A stretch of 64,000 nt of DNA from Macrostomum lignano (taxonomy: Eukaryota): positions 37,397 to 101,396 of the forward strand of contig NIVC01001828.1 of the NCBI GenBank assembly GCA_002269645.1, given 5' to 3'. Both the position numbers and the translations under genes were made by a program. Below, piece after piece: positions 44,826-56,800 of the stretch. The notes below the pieces were generated by a model. That model did no database searches. It had not been told where the DNA came from and saw nothing but the letters and a program-made list of their open reading frames with translations. Numbering within the stretch: position 1 is the first letter of the stretch; each line of letters begins with the position of its first letter.

Positions 44826-47800
44826 TCAAGCGGAAATAAGCGAGTCCATTGGGCGCAGTTTGACTGTGCCATCGCAGCCGCACGAGAACAGATAGCAATG
44901 CCCGTCTCTGGTGCACAGTTCCAATCGTTGTACGCCCTGGTCAGAGGCTGAGCGCAGCAGAGAACGCGGCGCCACGTGCTCGTCGCGGAAGCAGGCAAGC
45001 GGCTCGTGGGCGCCAAGGCGCCAGGCGCGGACGGAACCGTCAGCGGAGCCGGTGAGCAGGAGGCGCTCGCTAGGATCGACGCACAGGGTGGTCACCGCCG
45101 AGTTCGGCTCGTGCGCCTGCATTGCGAAACAGTATTGGGTTCCCGTTGATTGAAAACTGCTGCAAAATGCGCATATTTCTACTTATAGTAGCTGGTCAGA
45201 AAATTGAAAATGTGCGTCAATGCTACTGACTAAATGAGAACATTAGTAATATACTCGGATATCAACATCGCTAATTGTTCATGACACAGGTGACACTTTC
45301 TGCACGCTTATTCTGAAAACAGGTGACACTTTCTGTGCGCTTGTCCTGAAAACAGGTGACACTTTCTGTGCGCTTATTCTGAAAACAGGTGACACTTTCT
45401 GTGCGCTTGTCCTGAAAACAGGTGACACTTTCTGTGCGCTTATTCTGAAAACAGGTGACACTTTCTGTGCGCTTGTCCTGAAAACAGGTGACACTTTCTG
45501 CACGCTTATTCTGAAAACAGGTGACACTTTCTGTGCGCTTGTCCTGAAAACAGGTGACACTTTCTGTGCGCTTATTCTGAAAACAGGTGACACTTTCTGT
45601 GCGCTTGTCCTGAAAACAGGTGACACTTTCTGTGCGCTTATTCTGAAAACAGGTGACACTTTCTGCACGCTTATTCTGAAAACAGGTGACACTTTCTGCA
45701 CGCTTATTCTGAAAACAGGTGACACTTTCTGCACGCTTATTCTGAAAACAGGTGACACTTTCTGCACGCTTATTCTGAAAACAGGTGACACTTTCTGTGC
45801 GCTTGTCCTGAAAACAGGTGACACTTTCTGTGCGCTTATTCTGAAAACAGGTGACACTTTCTGTGCGCTTGTCCTGAAAACAGGTGACACTTTCTGCACG
45901 CTTATTCTGAAAACCGGTGACACTTTCTGTGCGCTTGTCCTGAAAACAGGTGACACTTTCTGCACGCTTATTCTGAAAACAGGTGACACTTTCTGTGCGC
46001 TTATTCTGAAAACAGGTGACACTTTCTGTGCGCTTGTCCCGGGAACAGATGACACTTTCTGCACGCTTGTCCCGGGAACAGATGACACTTTCTCTGCATG
46101 CCCACCAATTCGCGTAAAATATCGCGTATTTAATCTACCCAGCGATCCTATTAGGCAGAAAAGCGCATTCCAAGAGCTAACCTGAAAAGCGTGCCTAACG
46201 GCCGCCTTGCGCAGGTCGAGCAGGGCCACGCCGCCTTTGGCTGTGCCGGCTAGCAACAGTTGGCGCTGCGGCGCGTAGGCCAGCGAAGTGCAACCGGCCT
46301 GCAGAGCCGGATCGAAGAAGCGCTGCACAACGGACTTCTCAACTGGGAGCAGAGTGTCCCAGAGGGCCGCGTTCGCCTCCGATTCGGCGCCCGTGCCGCC
46401 AGTGGCATACAGAGTTGAACAGCCGGCGAATAGCAGGTCGGAACAGCCGCGCGAGTGCCCGCGCCACACCCTGTAGGGCTTGTCCGACTCGGCGCCGCCG
46501 CCACCGCCGGCGCCCACAATGCTGCGCCAGTGCCACAGGGACACGTAGCCTTCGCTGTCGCCAACGGCGAATCGATTGCCGTAAACGTTGAAACGCAGGG
46601 CGGTGACTCGGCCGCCTACGCTGATACTGCCCGGCTTGGTTAGCGGGGCCCGGTGCGACCATTCGTAGCAGTCGATGGCGCCGGAGGCCGAGCCGAATAG
46701 GTAGTTGTGCCTGTCAGGGTGGGCCGCCACCTGGAATGCGGGATAACTAGTGAGTATTAGTGCCAGTAGGCTGCTCAATGGGATAACCAGTAGGCTGCTC
46801 AATGGGATAACCAGTAGGCTGCTCAATGGGATAACCAGTAGGCTGCTCAATGGGATAACCAGTAGGCTGCTCAATGGGATAACCAGTAGGCTGCTCAATG
46901 GGATAACCAGTAGGCTGCTCAATGGGATAACCAGTAGGCTGCTCAATGGGATAATCACTAGGGCTACTCATTGGGATAATCACTAGGGCTGATCAATGGG
47001 ATAATCACTAGGGCTACTCAATGGGATAATCAGTAAGACTGCTCAATGGGATAATCAGTAAGACTGCTCAATGGGATAACCAGTAGGACTGCTCAATGGG
47101 ATAACCAGTAGGACTGCTCAATGGGATAACCAGTAGGACTGCTCAATGGGATAACCAGTAGGCTGCTCAATGGGATAACCAGTAGGCTACTCAATGGGAT
47201 AACCAGTAGGGCTGATCAATGGGATAATCACTAGGGCTACTCAATGGGATAATCAGTAGGCTACTCAATGGGATAATCAATAAGACTGCTCAATGGGATA
47301 ATGAATAAGACTGCTCAATGGGATAATCTGTAAGACTGCTCAATGGGATAATCAATAAGACTGCTCAATGGGATAATCAATAAGACTGCTCAATGGGATA
47401 ATCAGTAGGCTGCTCAATGGGATAATCAATAAGACTGCTCAATGGGATAATCAATAAGACTGCTCAATTGGATAATCAGTAGGCTAACCAACACACAGGT
47501 TAAGAGCCTTAGCGAAAAGGCAGAGCAACATTGTGAAAAAGGTTACTCTACCTGTCGCGGCTTCGGCAAAGAGCGACGCGTAATGAGCCTGGCCGGCCAG
47601 CCCTTGATGACGCTGGAAGAGAGGGTTGGCACCGGGGTGACGCCAGGCACGGCGAAGCTGGTCAACAGGCGAGGCAGCTGGTCGGAATCCAGCTGGCCGA
47701 CAGCGTCGCCAACAAACCCGCCGGCGCCAGCGACTGTGGCCGAGGCCAGGCCGCCGTAGTCTTCGTCGTCTAGGCCGGCCGGAGAAAACGGGTGCAGCAT

Positions 47801-50800
47801 GAGGTCGCAGATGTCCAGCTCAACTAGCTCTTTGCTGGTGGCCAGGGTTAGGCAGTTCTGATTGGCCCGGCTAAGGCAGAAACTGCTAATCGCTTCGCCT
47901 TTGGTGTCGTGCACGAGAGCTACTGGGAGGTCGGCAGCGGCGGCCGGAGCGGCTTCGGTTAATTCGGCGCTAGACAAGGTCGGAGGCGGCGGTCGGGGAG
48001 GCGCCGACTTTTGCTGCTGCTGCTGCGACGACGTGGTCGACATCGGCGGCGGCGGGAAGGCGAATTTGGCGAACACGTCGCGGGCGGCCTCCTTGCGCAC
48101 AAGCTGCGCCCATAGCCGATTGCAGAGTCGTTCAGACAGCGACTGGCCAGGGAACGGCGTTCGCTCGGCGTCTAGCAGCAGCTTGTAGCGCTCCATCAGC
48201 AGGCGGGCAGGCTGGAATGTTGAATCCTCGCCTACGAACGAGGAATTGCCGCCGCCTAGGAATCCTGATGAAATTTAGGAAGTTAGCGCCTCTTTTACCA
48301 CTACAGAATGCTTTGCGCATCTAGGCAAATTTAACCATTATTAGCTTTTCTACTCGAGCTATTCTGGTAGCCAATTCTTGACGAATTTGAGGCACATGAG
48401 CATGGTTTTAGATATTTGAAGATGGTTTTTGTTGTGTATTGCATTGTGTATCGATGTATCGGGTGATTTGGTTTTACTGAGAGCTCAATCCATCCATTCA
48501 ATAATGCTAAAATGCTTCATTTATGCGCACTGGCTTTGTGTACGTTCTACAATGTACATCGCTCGCTTAGTTAAATATATAAGTCGGGGTTGGGCCAGTT
48601 TGAGCCCTAAGAGTTTTTTGACTAGCCTTACACACTGAATCTTGTCAACAACTTAACAGTTTTGAGATAATTGAGACGGTTTTGAGATAATTGAGACGGT
48701 TTTGAGATAATTGAGACGGTTTTAAAATAATTGAGGGTTTAAGATACTTAAGTCGGTTTGGAGACACTTCAGATGGTTTTGAAACACTTCAGATGGTTTT
48801 GAGACACTTCAGATGGTTTTGAAACACTTCAGATGGTTTTGAGACACCTCAGCTGGTTTTGAGACACCTCAGATGGTTTTGAGACACCAGATGGTTTTGA
48901 GACACCTCAGCTGGTTTTGAGACACCTCAGATGGTTTTGAGACATCAGATGGTTTTGAGATACTTAATTCGGTTTTGAGATACTTCAGATGGCTTTGAGA
49001 TACGTGAAATGGTTTTGAGATACTTCAGATGGTTTTGAGATACTTCAGATGGCTTTGAGATACGTGAGATGGTTTTGAGACACTTCAGTCGGTTTTGAGA
49101 TACTTCAGATGGCTTTGAGATACGTGAAATGGTTTTGAGATACTTCAGATGGTTTTGAGATACTTCAGATGGCTTTGAGATACGTGAAATGGTTTTGAGA
49201 TACTTCAGATGGTTTTGAGATACTTCAGATGGTTTTGAGATACTTCAGATGGCTTTGAGATACGTGAAATGGTTGTGAGATACTTCAGATGGCTTTGAGA
49301 TACGTGAAATGGTTTTGAGATACTTCAGATGGTTTTGAGATACTTCAGATGGCTTTGAGATACGTGAAATGGTTTTGAGATACTTCAGATGGTTTTGAGA
49401 TACTTCAGATGGTTTTGAGATACTTCAGATGGTTTTGAGATACTTCAGATGGTTTTGAGATACTTCAGATGGCTTTGAGATATGTGAGATGGTTTTGAGA
49501 CACTTCAGTCGGTTTTGAGATACTTCAGATGGCTTTGAGATACGTGAAATGGTTTTGAGATACTTCAGATGGCTTTGAGATACGTGAGATGGTTTTGAGA
49601 CACAAGATTTTTACCACAACTGTAGGTAGTGATAAGAGCTGTCACTGCTGGGGAATGCAGTCAAAGTGCGGTCACAGTCTTCTTTAGAAGCTTAATAAGA
49701 CTAATACGAGTGAATTAAGAGACAAACCGTCGGGCGGCTGGCCAATCCGTCGCAGACGATCGCGGAACGCCCGCTGCCATTGGTGAACCCGCTTGACGGC
49801 GTTGTACAGAGCCGGCGATTCCACAGGCAGGTCGGACAGTTCCAGGCCGACCTGGGGCAGGAAGCGGCCAACTTGGTCCAGTGCCACCCGGACACAGGCG
49901 CAGCGCATCAGCAGCCAGGCGTATTCGCGACGTTCCTGAGCGGCTTGGCGCCGACGCGAAACAGCCGGCGTCTGGCGCATCTGCCGGCTCGATCGATAGG
50001 ATCTGTCAGCGTCCAGGTCGGCCATTGAGCCGCCGAAGCCGGGAATCTCGTCTGGCGCGGCCTCGGCATGCTCGTCGTCTTGAGTGTCGTCGTCAGCATC
50101 GTCATTTTCGGAGACGTTGGCGGAGTCGAAATCGGCCGCTTGGCCGGCTGGCTGGCGCGGATCTGGCGGCAGTTTGGCCAGCAGGCAGCCCAGGATGGAG
50201 GCGCGCGGCTGCACAAACCGCTCGGTGAAGCCGCGACTGCCGCCGCCGCCGGCGCTACTCGACGTTGCAGGCGACGGCTGCTGATGCTGCTGCGGTTGAG
50301 GCGGCGGCGGCAGCGGCGGGGCCCCGCCACCTTGCACAGTGCTCAAGTAGAGTTTTACTCGCTGCTTTGACATCTCGTCGGTGACGCGGGGGATTCCCCC
50401 CGCCGACAACTGCTGCTGCTGCTGCTGTGCCTGGCGCCGAGGACTAGCGCCGCCGCCGGCGATGACAACGCCGCTGGACAAAGCGTGGCCGCCAGAGCCG
50501 GCTGGCGACCCGCTGATTCGCATCGGCGCCGGCCGCTGCGGGGTCTTCAATCCGCCGCCGAACACAGCGCCCCATACGCTGGTGGTAAGCGACCTGGCAA
50601 CCAGCCGGTGAAGAATCTTGGCATTTGCCGTGGTCAGGCCGTAGGATAAGGTGGCCAGGTAGACGCTGAGGAAGGCCTCGGTTAAGATGATGTTCAGCCG
50701 TGGGACGTCGTCATCTTTGTGCCGTTCTAGCAGGCTGCGGAGATGCGCGATGCCCGGCCACTTGCTGGGCTGGGTGTTGGGCGCTTCCAGGTCTTCTTGA

Positions 50801-53800
50801 GGCTGCTGACTGGCGCCTGCTAGTGTGAGTGCGCGGTATTCATTTGAAAGGGACTCTATAAAGGATTTTATCGACAGTGAAAGCGCCGCTCTGATACATC
50901 GCTTCCATTTTAGGGCTACAGTAGGGTCCGTGTAAAAGGGTCCAAATTTCTGCGGAAAGACCGCGGAATTCCGTGGAAAATGTGTGAAATTTGCGCTTAT
51001 TATATTGAATCTTGCTCTTTGCCCAGGAAATCATACTCCTTCCGTGACTATATCTCTTTTTTCTTCATAGTAGAACCATTATGAAAGAGATTTAAAGCCT
51101 CATTTAAATCTTTGATTAATTTCTTTATGATGTCAGGCCATCACGTCACCGAAAATCAAAAGGTTCCATCGAATATTAAAGCGCTTTTCTGATAAGAAAC
51201 AAAGAGATAGAGAGAGATGGAGAGAGGAAAGAGGCGGCAGGGAGGAGGAGAGAGGAGAGAGGCGGCAGGGAGGAGAGAGGAGAGAGGCGGCAGGGAGGAG
51301 GAGAGGAGAAAGGCGGCAGGGAGGAGGAGAGAGGAGAGAGGCGGCAGGGAGGAGGAGAGAGGAGAGAGGCGGCAGGGAGGAGAGAGGAGAGAGGCGGCAG
51401 GGAGGAGGAGAGGAGAAAGGCGGCAGGGAGGAGGAGAGAGGAGAAAGGCGGCAGGGAGGAGGAGAGAGGAGAGAGGCGGCAGGGAGGAGGAGAGAGGAGA
51501 GAGGCGGCAGGGAGGAGGAGAGAGGAGAGAGGCGGCAGGGAGGAGGAGAGAGGAGAGAGGCGGCAGGGAGGAGGAGAGAGGAGAGAGGCGGCAGGGAGGA
51601 GAGAGGAGAAAGGCGGCAGGGAGGAGGAGAGAGGAGAGAGGCGGCAGGGAGGAGGAGAGAGGAGAGGCGGCAGGGAGGAGAGAGGCGGCAGGGAGGAGGA
51701 GAGAGGAGAGAGGCGGCAGGGAGGAGGAGAGAGGAGAGAGGCGGCAGGGAGGAGGAGAGAGGAGAGAGGCGGCAGGGAGGAGGAGAGAGGAGAGAGGCGG
51801 CAGGGAGGAGGAGAGAGGAGAGAGGCGGCAGGGAGGAGGAGAGAGGAGAGAGGCGGCAGGGAGGAGAGAGGAGAAAGGCGGCAGGGAGGAGGAGAGAGGA
51901 GAGAGGCGGCAGGGAGGAGGAGAGAGGAGAGAGGCGGCAGGGAGGAGAGAGGAGAAAGGCGGCAGGGAGGAGGAGAGAGGAGAGAGGCGGCAGGGAGGAG
52001 GAGAGAGGAGAGGCGGCAGGGAGGAGAGAGGCGGCAGGGAGGAGAGAGGCGGCAGGGAGGAGAGGAGAGAGGCGGCAGGGAGGAGAGGAGAGAGGCGGCA
52101 GGGAGGAGGAGAGAGGAGAGAGGCGGCAGGGAGGAGAGAGGAGAGAGGCGGCAGGGAGGAGAGAGGCGGCAGGGAGGAGAGAGGCGGCAGGGAGGAGAGA
52201 GGAGAGAGGCGGCAGGGAGGAGAGAGGAGAGAGGCGGCAGGGAGGAGGAGGCGGCAGGGAGGAGAGAGGAGAGAGGCGGCAGGGAGGAGAGAGGAGAGAG
52301 GCGGCAGGGAGGAGGAGGCGGCAGGGAGGAGAGAGGAGAGAGGCGGCAGGGAGGAGAGAGGAGAGAGGCGGCAGGGAGGAGAGAGGAGAAAGGCGGCAGG
52401 GAGGAGGAGAGAGGAGAGAGGCGGCAGGGAGGAGGAGAGAGGAAAGAGGCGGCAGGGAGGAGAGAGGCGGCAGGGAGGAGGAGAGAGGAGAGAGGCGGCA
52501 GGGAGGAGGAGAGAGGAGAGAGGCGGCAGGGAGGAGAGAGGAGAAAGGCGGCAGGGAGGAGGAGAGAGGAGAGAGGCGGCAGGGAGGAGGAGAGAGGAGA
52601 GGCGGCAGGGAGGAGAGAGGCGGCAGGGAGGAGAGAGGCGGCAGGGAGGAGAGAGGCGGCAGGGAGGAGAGGAGAGAGGCGGCAGGGAGGAGAGGAGAGA
52701 GGCGGCATGGAGGAGGAGAGAGGAGAGAGGCGGCAGGGAGGAGAGAGGAGAGAGGCGGCAGGGAGGAGAGAGGAGAGAGGCGGCAGGGAGGAGAGAGGAG
52801 AGAGGCGGCAGGGAGGAGAGAGGCGGCAGGGAGGAGAGAGGCGGCAGGGAGGAGAGAGGAGAGAGGCGGCAGGGAGGAGAGAGGAGAGAGGCGGCAGGGA
52901 GGAGGAGGCGGCAGGGAGGAGAGAGGAGAGAGGCGGCAGGGAGGAGGAGGCGGCAGGGAGGAGAGAGGAGAGAGGCGGCAGGGAGGAGAGAGGAGAGAGG
53001 CGGCAGGGAGGAGGAGGCGGCAGGGAGGAGAGAGGAGAGAGGCGGCAGGGAGGAGAGAGGAGAGAGGCGGCAGGGAGGAGGAGAGAGGAGAGGCGGCAGG
53101 GAGGAGAGAGGCGGCAGGGAGGAGAGAGGCGGCAGGGAGGAGAGAGGAGAGAGGCGGCAGGGAGGAGGAGAGAGGAGAGGCGGCAGGGAGGAGAGAGGCG
53201 GCAGGGAGGAGAGAGGCGGCAGGGAGGAGAGGAGAGAGGCGGCAGGGAGGAGAGGAGAGAGGCGGCAGGGAGGAGGAGAGAGGAGAGAGGCGGCAGGGAG
53301 GAGAGAGGAGAGAGGCGGCAGGGAGGAGAGAGGCGGCAGGGAGGAGAGAGGCGGCAGGGAGGAGAGAGGAGAGAGGCGGCAGGGAGGAGAGAGGAGAGAG
53401 GCGGCAGGGAGGAGGAGGCGGCAGGGAGGAGAGAGGAGAGAGGCGGCAGGGAGGAGAGAGGAGAGAGGCGGCAGGGAGGAGGAGGCGGCAGGGAGGAGAG
53501 AGGAGAGAGGCGGCAGGGAGGAGAGAGGAGAGAGGCGGCAGGGAGGAGAGAGGAGAAAGGCGGCAGGGAGGAGGAGAGAGGAGAGAGGCGGCAGGGAGGA
53601 GGAGAGAGGAAAGAGGCGGCAGGGAGGAGAGAGGCGGCAGGGAGGAGGAGAGAGGAGAGAGGCGGCAGGGAGGAGGAGAGAGGAGAGAGGCGGCAGGGAG
53701 GAGAGAGGAGAAAGGCGGCAGGGAGGAGGAGAGAGGAGAGAGGCGGCAGGGAGGAGGAGAGAGGAGAGGCGGCAGGGAGGAGAGAGGCGGCAGGGAGGAG

Positions 53801-56800
53801 AGAGGCGGCAGGGAGGAGAGAGGCGGCAGGGAGGAGAGGAGAGAGGCGGCAGGGAGGAGAGGAGAGAGGCGGCATGGAGGAGGAGAGAGGAGAGAGGCGG
53901 CAGGGAGGAGAGAGGAGAGAGGCGGCAGGGAGGAGAGAGGAGAGAGGCGGCAGGGAGGAGAGAGGAGAGAGGCGGCAGGGAGGAGAGAGGCGGCAGGGAG
54001 GAGAGAGGCGGCAGGGAGGAGAGAGGAGAGAGGCGGCAGGGAGGAGAGAGGAGAGAGGCGGCAGGGAGGAGGAGGCGGCAGGGAGGAGAGAGGAGAGAGG
54101 CGGCAGGGAGGAGGAGGCGGCAGGGAGGAGAGAGGAGAGAGGCGGCAGGGAGGAGAGAGGAGAGAGGCGGCAGGGAGGAGGAGGCGGCAGGGAGGAGAGA
54201 GGAGAGAGGCGGCAGGGAGGAGAGAGGAGAGAGGCGGCAGGGAGGAGAGAGGAGAGAGGCGGCAGGGAGGAGGAGAGAGGAGAGAGGCGGCAGGGAGGAG
54301 AGAGGAGAGAGGCGGCAGGGAGGAGGAGAGAGGAGAGAGGCGGCAGGGAGGAGGAGAGAGGAGAGAGGCGGCAGGGAGGAGGAGGCGGCAGGGAGGAGAG
54401 AGAGGGAGAGGAGAGGTAAGTTGACATTCCACTTTTGTATTTAGTAATAAAATTCCTAGGCATTAAGCTACGCACCATAAGCATAGACAGCGGCGTCCCT
54501 CAGCGCGCCCAGCTGCTGCTGCTGAGCTCCCTGACTCAAAGCATCGGTCCTTTGTCCAGCCAGCCGGCTCATCAAGCAGTAATAATCGCCGTACACTAAG
54601 CTAGTAGTGAATCCGGCAGCGGCCGCGGCGTCACCAGGCGGCCCGACACTGTCTACTAGGCACTGATAGACGCAGGCGGATACGGCAGCACTGATGCTGC
54701 GCAGCAGGAACAGTTCCTGGGCGTTGGCTGGCAGCTCAGGCGGAGACGCCCATCGGCGCAGCTGGCCGAGCACGTCGCCAATGAGATTCTGCAGCTGACG
54801 GATGGGATCGGCTACTACAGTTTTGAAGCTGCTAACAGCCGCATTGATTAGCGGCAAACTGTTCGGCAGAGGCATTTTAGCTTCTAATTGAAGCGGCGCA
54901 TCGGTCAGATTGTCCTGCAGCAGTTCCTGAAGGAGCAGCACCAGCTCCATGCGCACTGAGGTCAGGCCGCCGCCGCTGGCGCCGTGCAGAGAGCAGAAGC
55001 TTAGCAGAGTTCGCAACAGCTGTTCATTGTCGCGCAGCCACAGCTTCCTACGCTGCCAAGAGTCCAAACGGCTGTGCAATGAGCCGCCTAAGTCAACTAG
55101 GCTGGCCTTGCGACCGCCGTAACCGGGTGCAGCGGCTGCCGAGGCGACAGTCGTTATCGTGGCGGCGGAATCTTCCTCTTCGCCAGGAGCGCAGCCGTAG
55201 TGACACAGTCGCCTCAGCAGTGCTGTCTCCCGCTCCAGCCAGGCGTACAGCTGGGCCCGCAGCTGGCCGCCGTCGACTTCAAAGCCCGTAGCCAAGGTGC
55301 TCAGCTCTTCGGACATAATCCGCTGGCAGGCCACGAATCGCAGCTGGTGAGTCATTACGTCCAGCACAGCCGGAGAATCTTTTATTGCAACCACTTCGCC
55401 AGTCGGCGCGTCATCAACCGGTGCTTCACCGTTTTCGAGGGCACCAGCTTCCTTTTTATCAATCATCGCCTCATCGTCGTCAATATCCTCGTCGCTGCTG
55501 CTGCTCAGTCGAAGCGACGGCGGCCTGTCGTCATCAGCGTCAGCCGCCGTTCCGATGTCGTTCCAGCACAGGAAGTTGTCTTCCTCTTTGGCCGGCGGCG
55601 GTGGCGGAGGCGGCGGCTGCTCCGCCTGCTGCTGTTCACCGTCGGCCGCCTTGCCAGCCGGAGTCTCCAGTCGCAGATAGTCGGGCAGGCGGGTCAGAAC
55701 CTCAAGCGCCAGACTGGGGCAGCCCAAACGGAAATAGGCGTGTGCGGTGCGGAAGAACAGCCGGCGCTCTGTTAGGCTCATCCGCTCACCCGACGCTGAC
55801 GATGCGGCTGTCGGCACCGCCGCAGTTGCACCGCCGCCACCCATGCCAACTGGTAGGCCGCCGCGCAGTTTAGCCTGGCGCAGTATCAACGGATGGCATT
55901 TCAAATAATTGAAGTAGTTGAACACGCTCAGACTGGACTGGTCAAGCAGGGCGGAGTCCGGCTCGCCCAGCAGCAGAGTGCTGACTGCTTGGTCATAGTC
56001 TTTCAATAGCCAGTGCGCCATGCTGCGGTAGAACGGATTAGAATAATACCGGCCAGTCGGGCTGAGCACGTACTTATTGAGTAAGTCGGCGAGCGGCTGG
56101 TTGCTATTGGATACCAGTACGCCTTCGGCTGCGTGCAGCCTAGCCAGCACTATGGCCAGCTGCAGATCGTTCAGTTTGGTGACGCAAACTTCCACCGCAT
56201 CTTTAACGCTGTTGCCAAGCAGAAAGAAGGCGGCTGCGTGCTCAAATCGTTGCTTACCTGCGAGCGGGGAGTCGCATCAGTGAGTTAGGCGAATTTTTGT
56301 AACAGAATGAATCCCATTATTTCCCGTATTACATCTCAATCCTATTACACCAGAATTATATCACATCTGAATTATATCACACCTGAATTATATCACATCT
56401 GAATTATATCACACCTGAATTATATCACACCTAAATTCTATTCGATGGGCATATGATAGCACCCGAATACAAACGGATACTATTATAAACTAAATCCATC
56501 TGCATTTTGAAATCCATCAGCATCCCAATCAAGCCAGCAGCCTCAGCTCACTCACCCAGCAGGTCAAAGGCATTCTTCAGAGCCGCTGTGCGCCAACGCT
56601 CCTGACTGAAGTCTTGCCGAAAGAAGTCCTGCAGCTTCTGATTGCTGACAGTTTTGTACAGGGCGGCTATCACTTTGACTCGTCGCATTGCCAGATAGAA
56701 TACGGCAGCGTCTAGCGGCTCCTGTTTAGACTGAAAAGCCGCCTTAGCGGCCCGTTCAGCGCATCGGCGCAGCAGGGAATCGTTGCGCACCCACCAGCCG

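Noticed and set aside
45279-46958. 559-aa ORF as a single protein
   Set aside because: It is the real WD40 exon 46730-46182 flanked by 24-bp and 33-bp intronic repeats that happen to be 3n and stop-free; normal splicing to 45116 completes the WD40 domain.
51133-54484. Four ORFs of 570-1102 aa on both strands
   Set aside because: They are translations of the purine-rich satellite, which lacks stop codons by composition; the region is a DMXL intron bounded by phase-matched splice sites (54476 and 50819).
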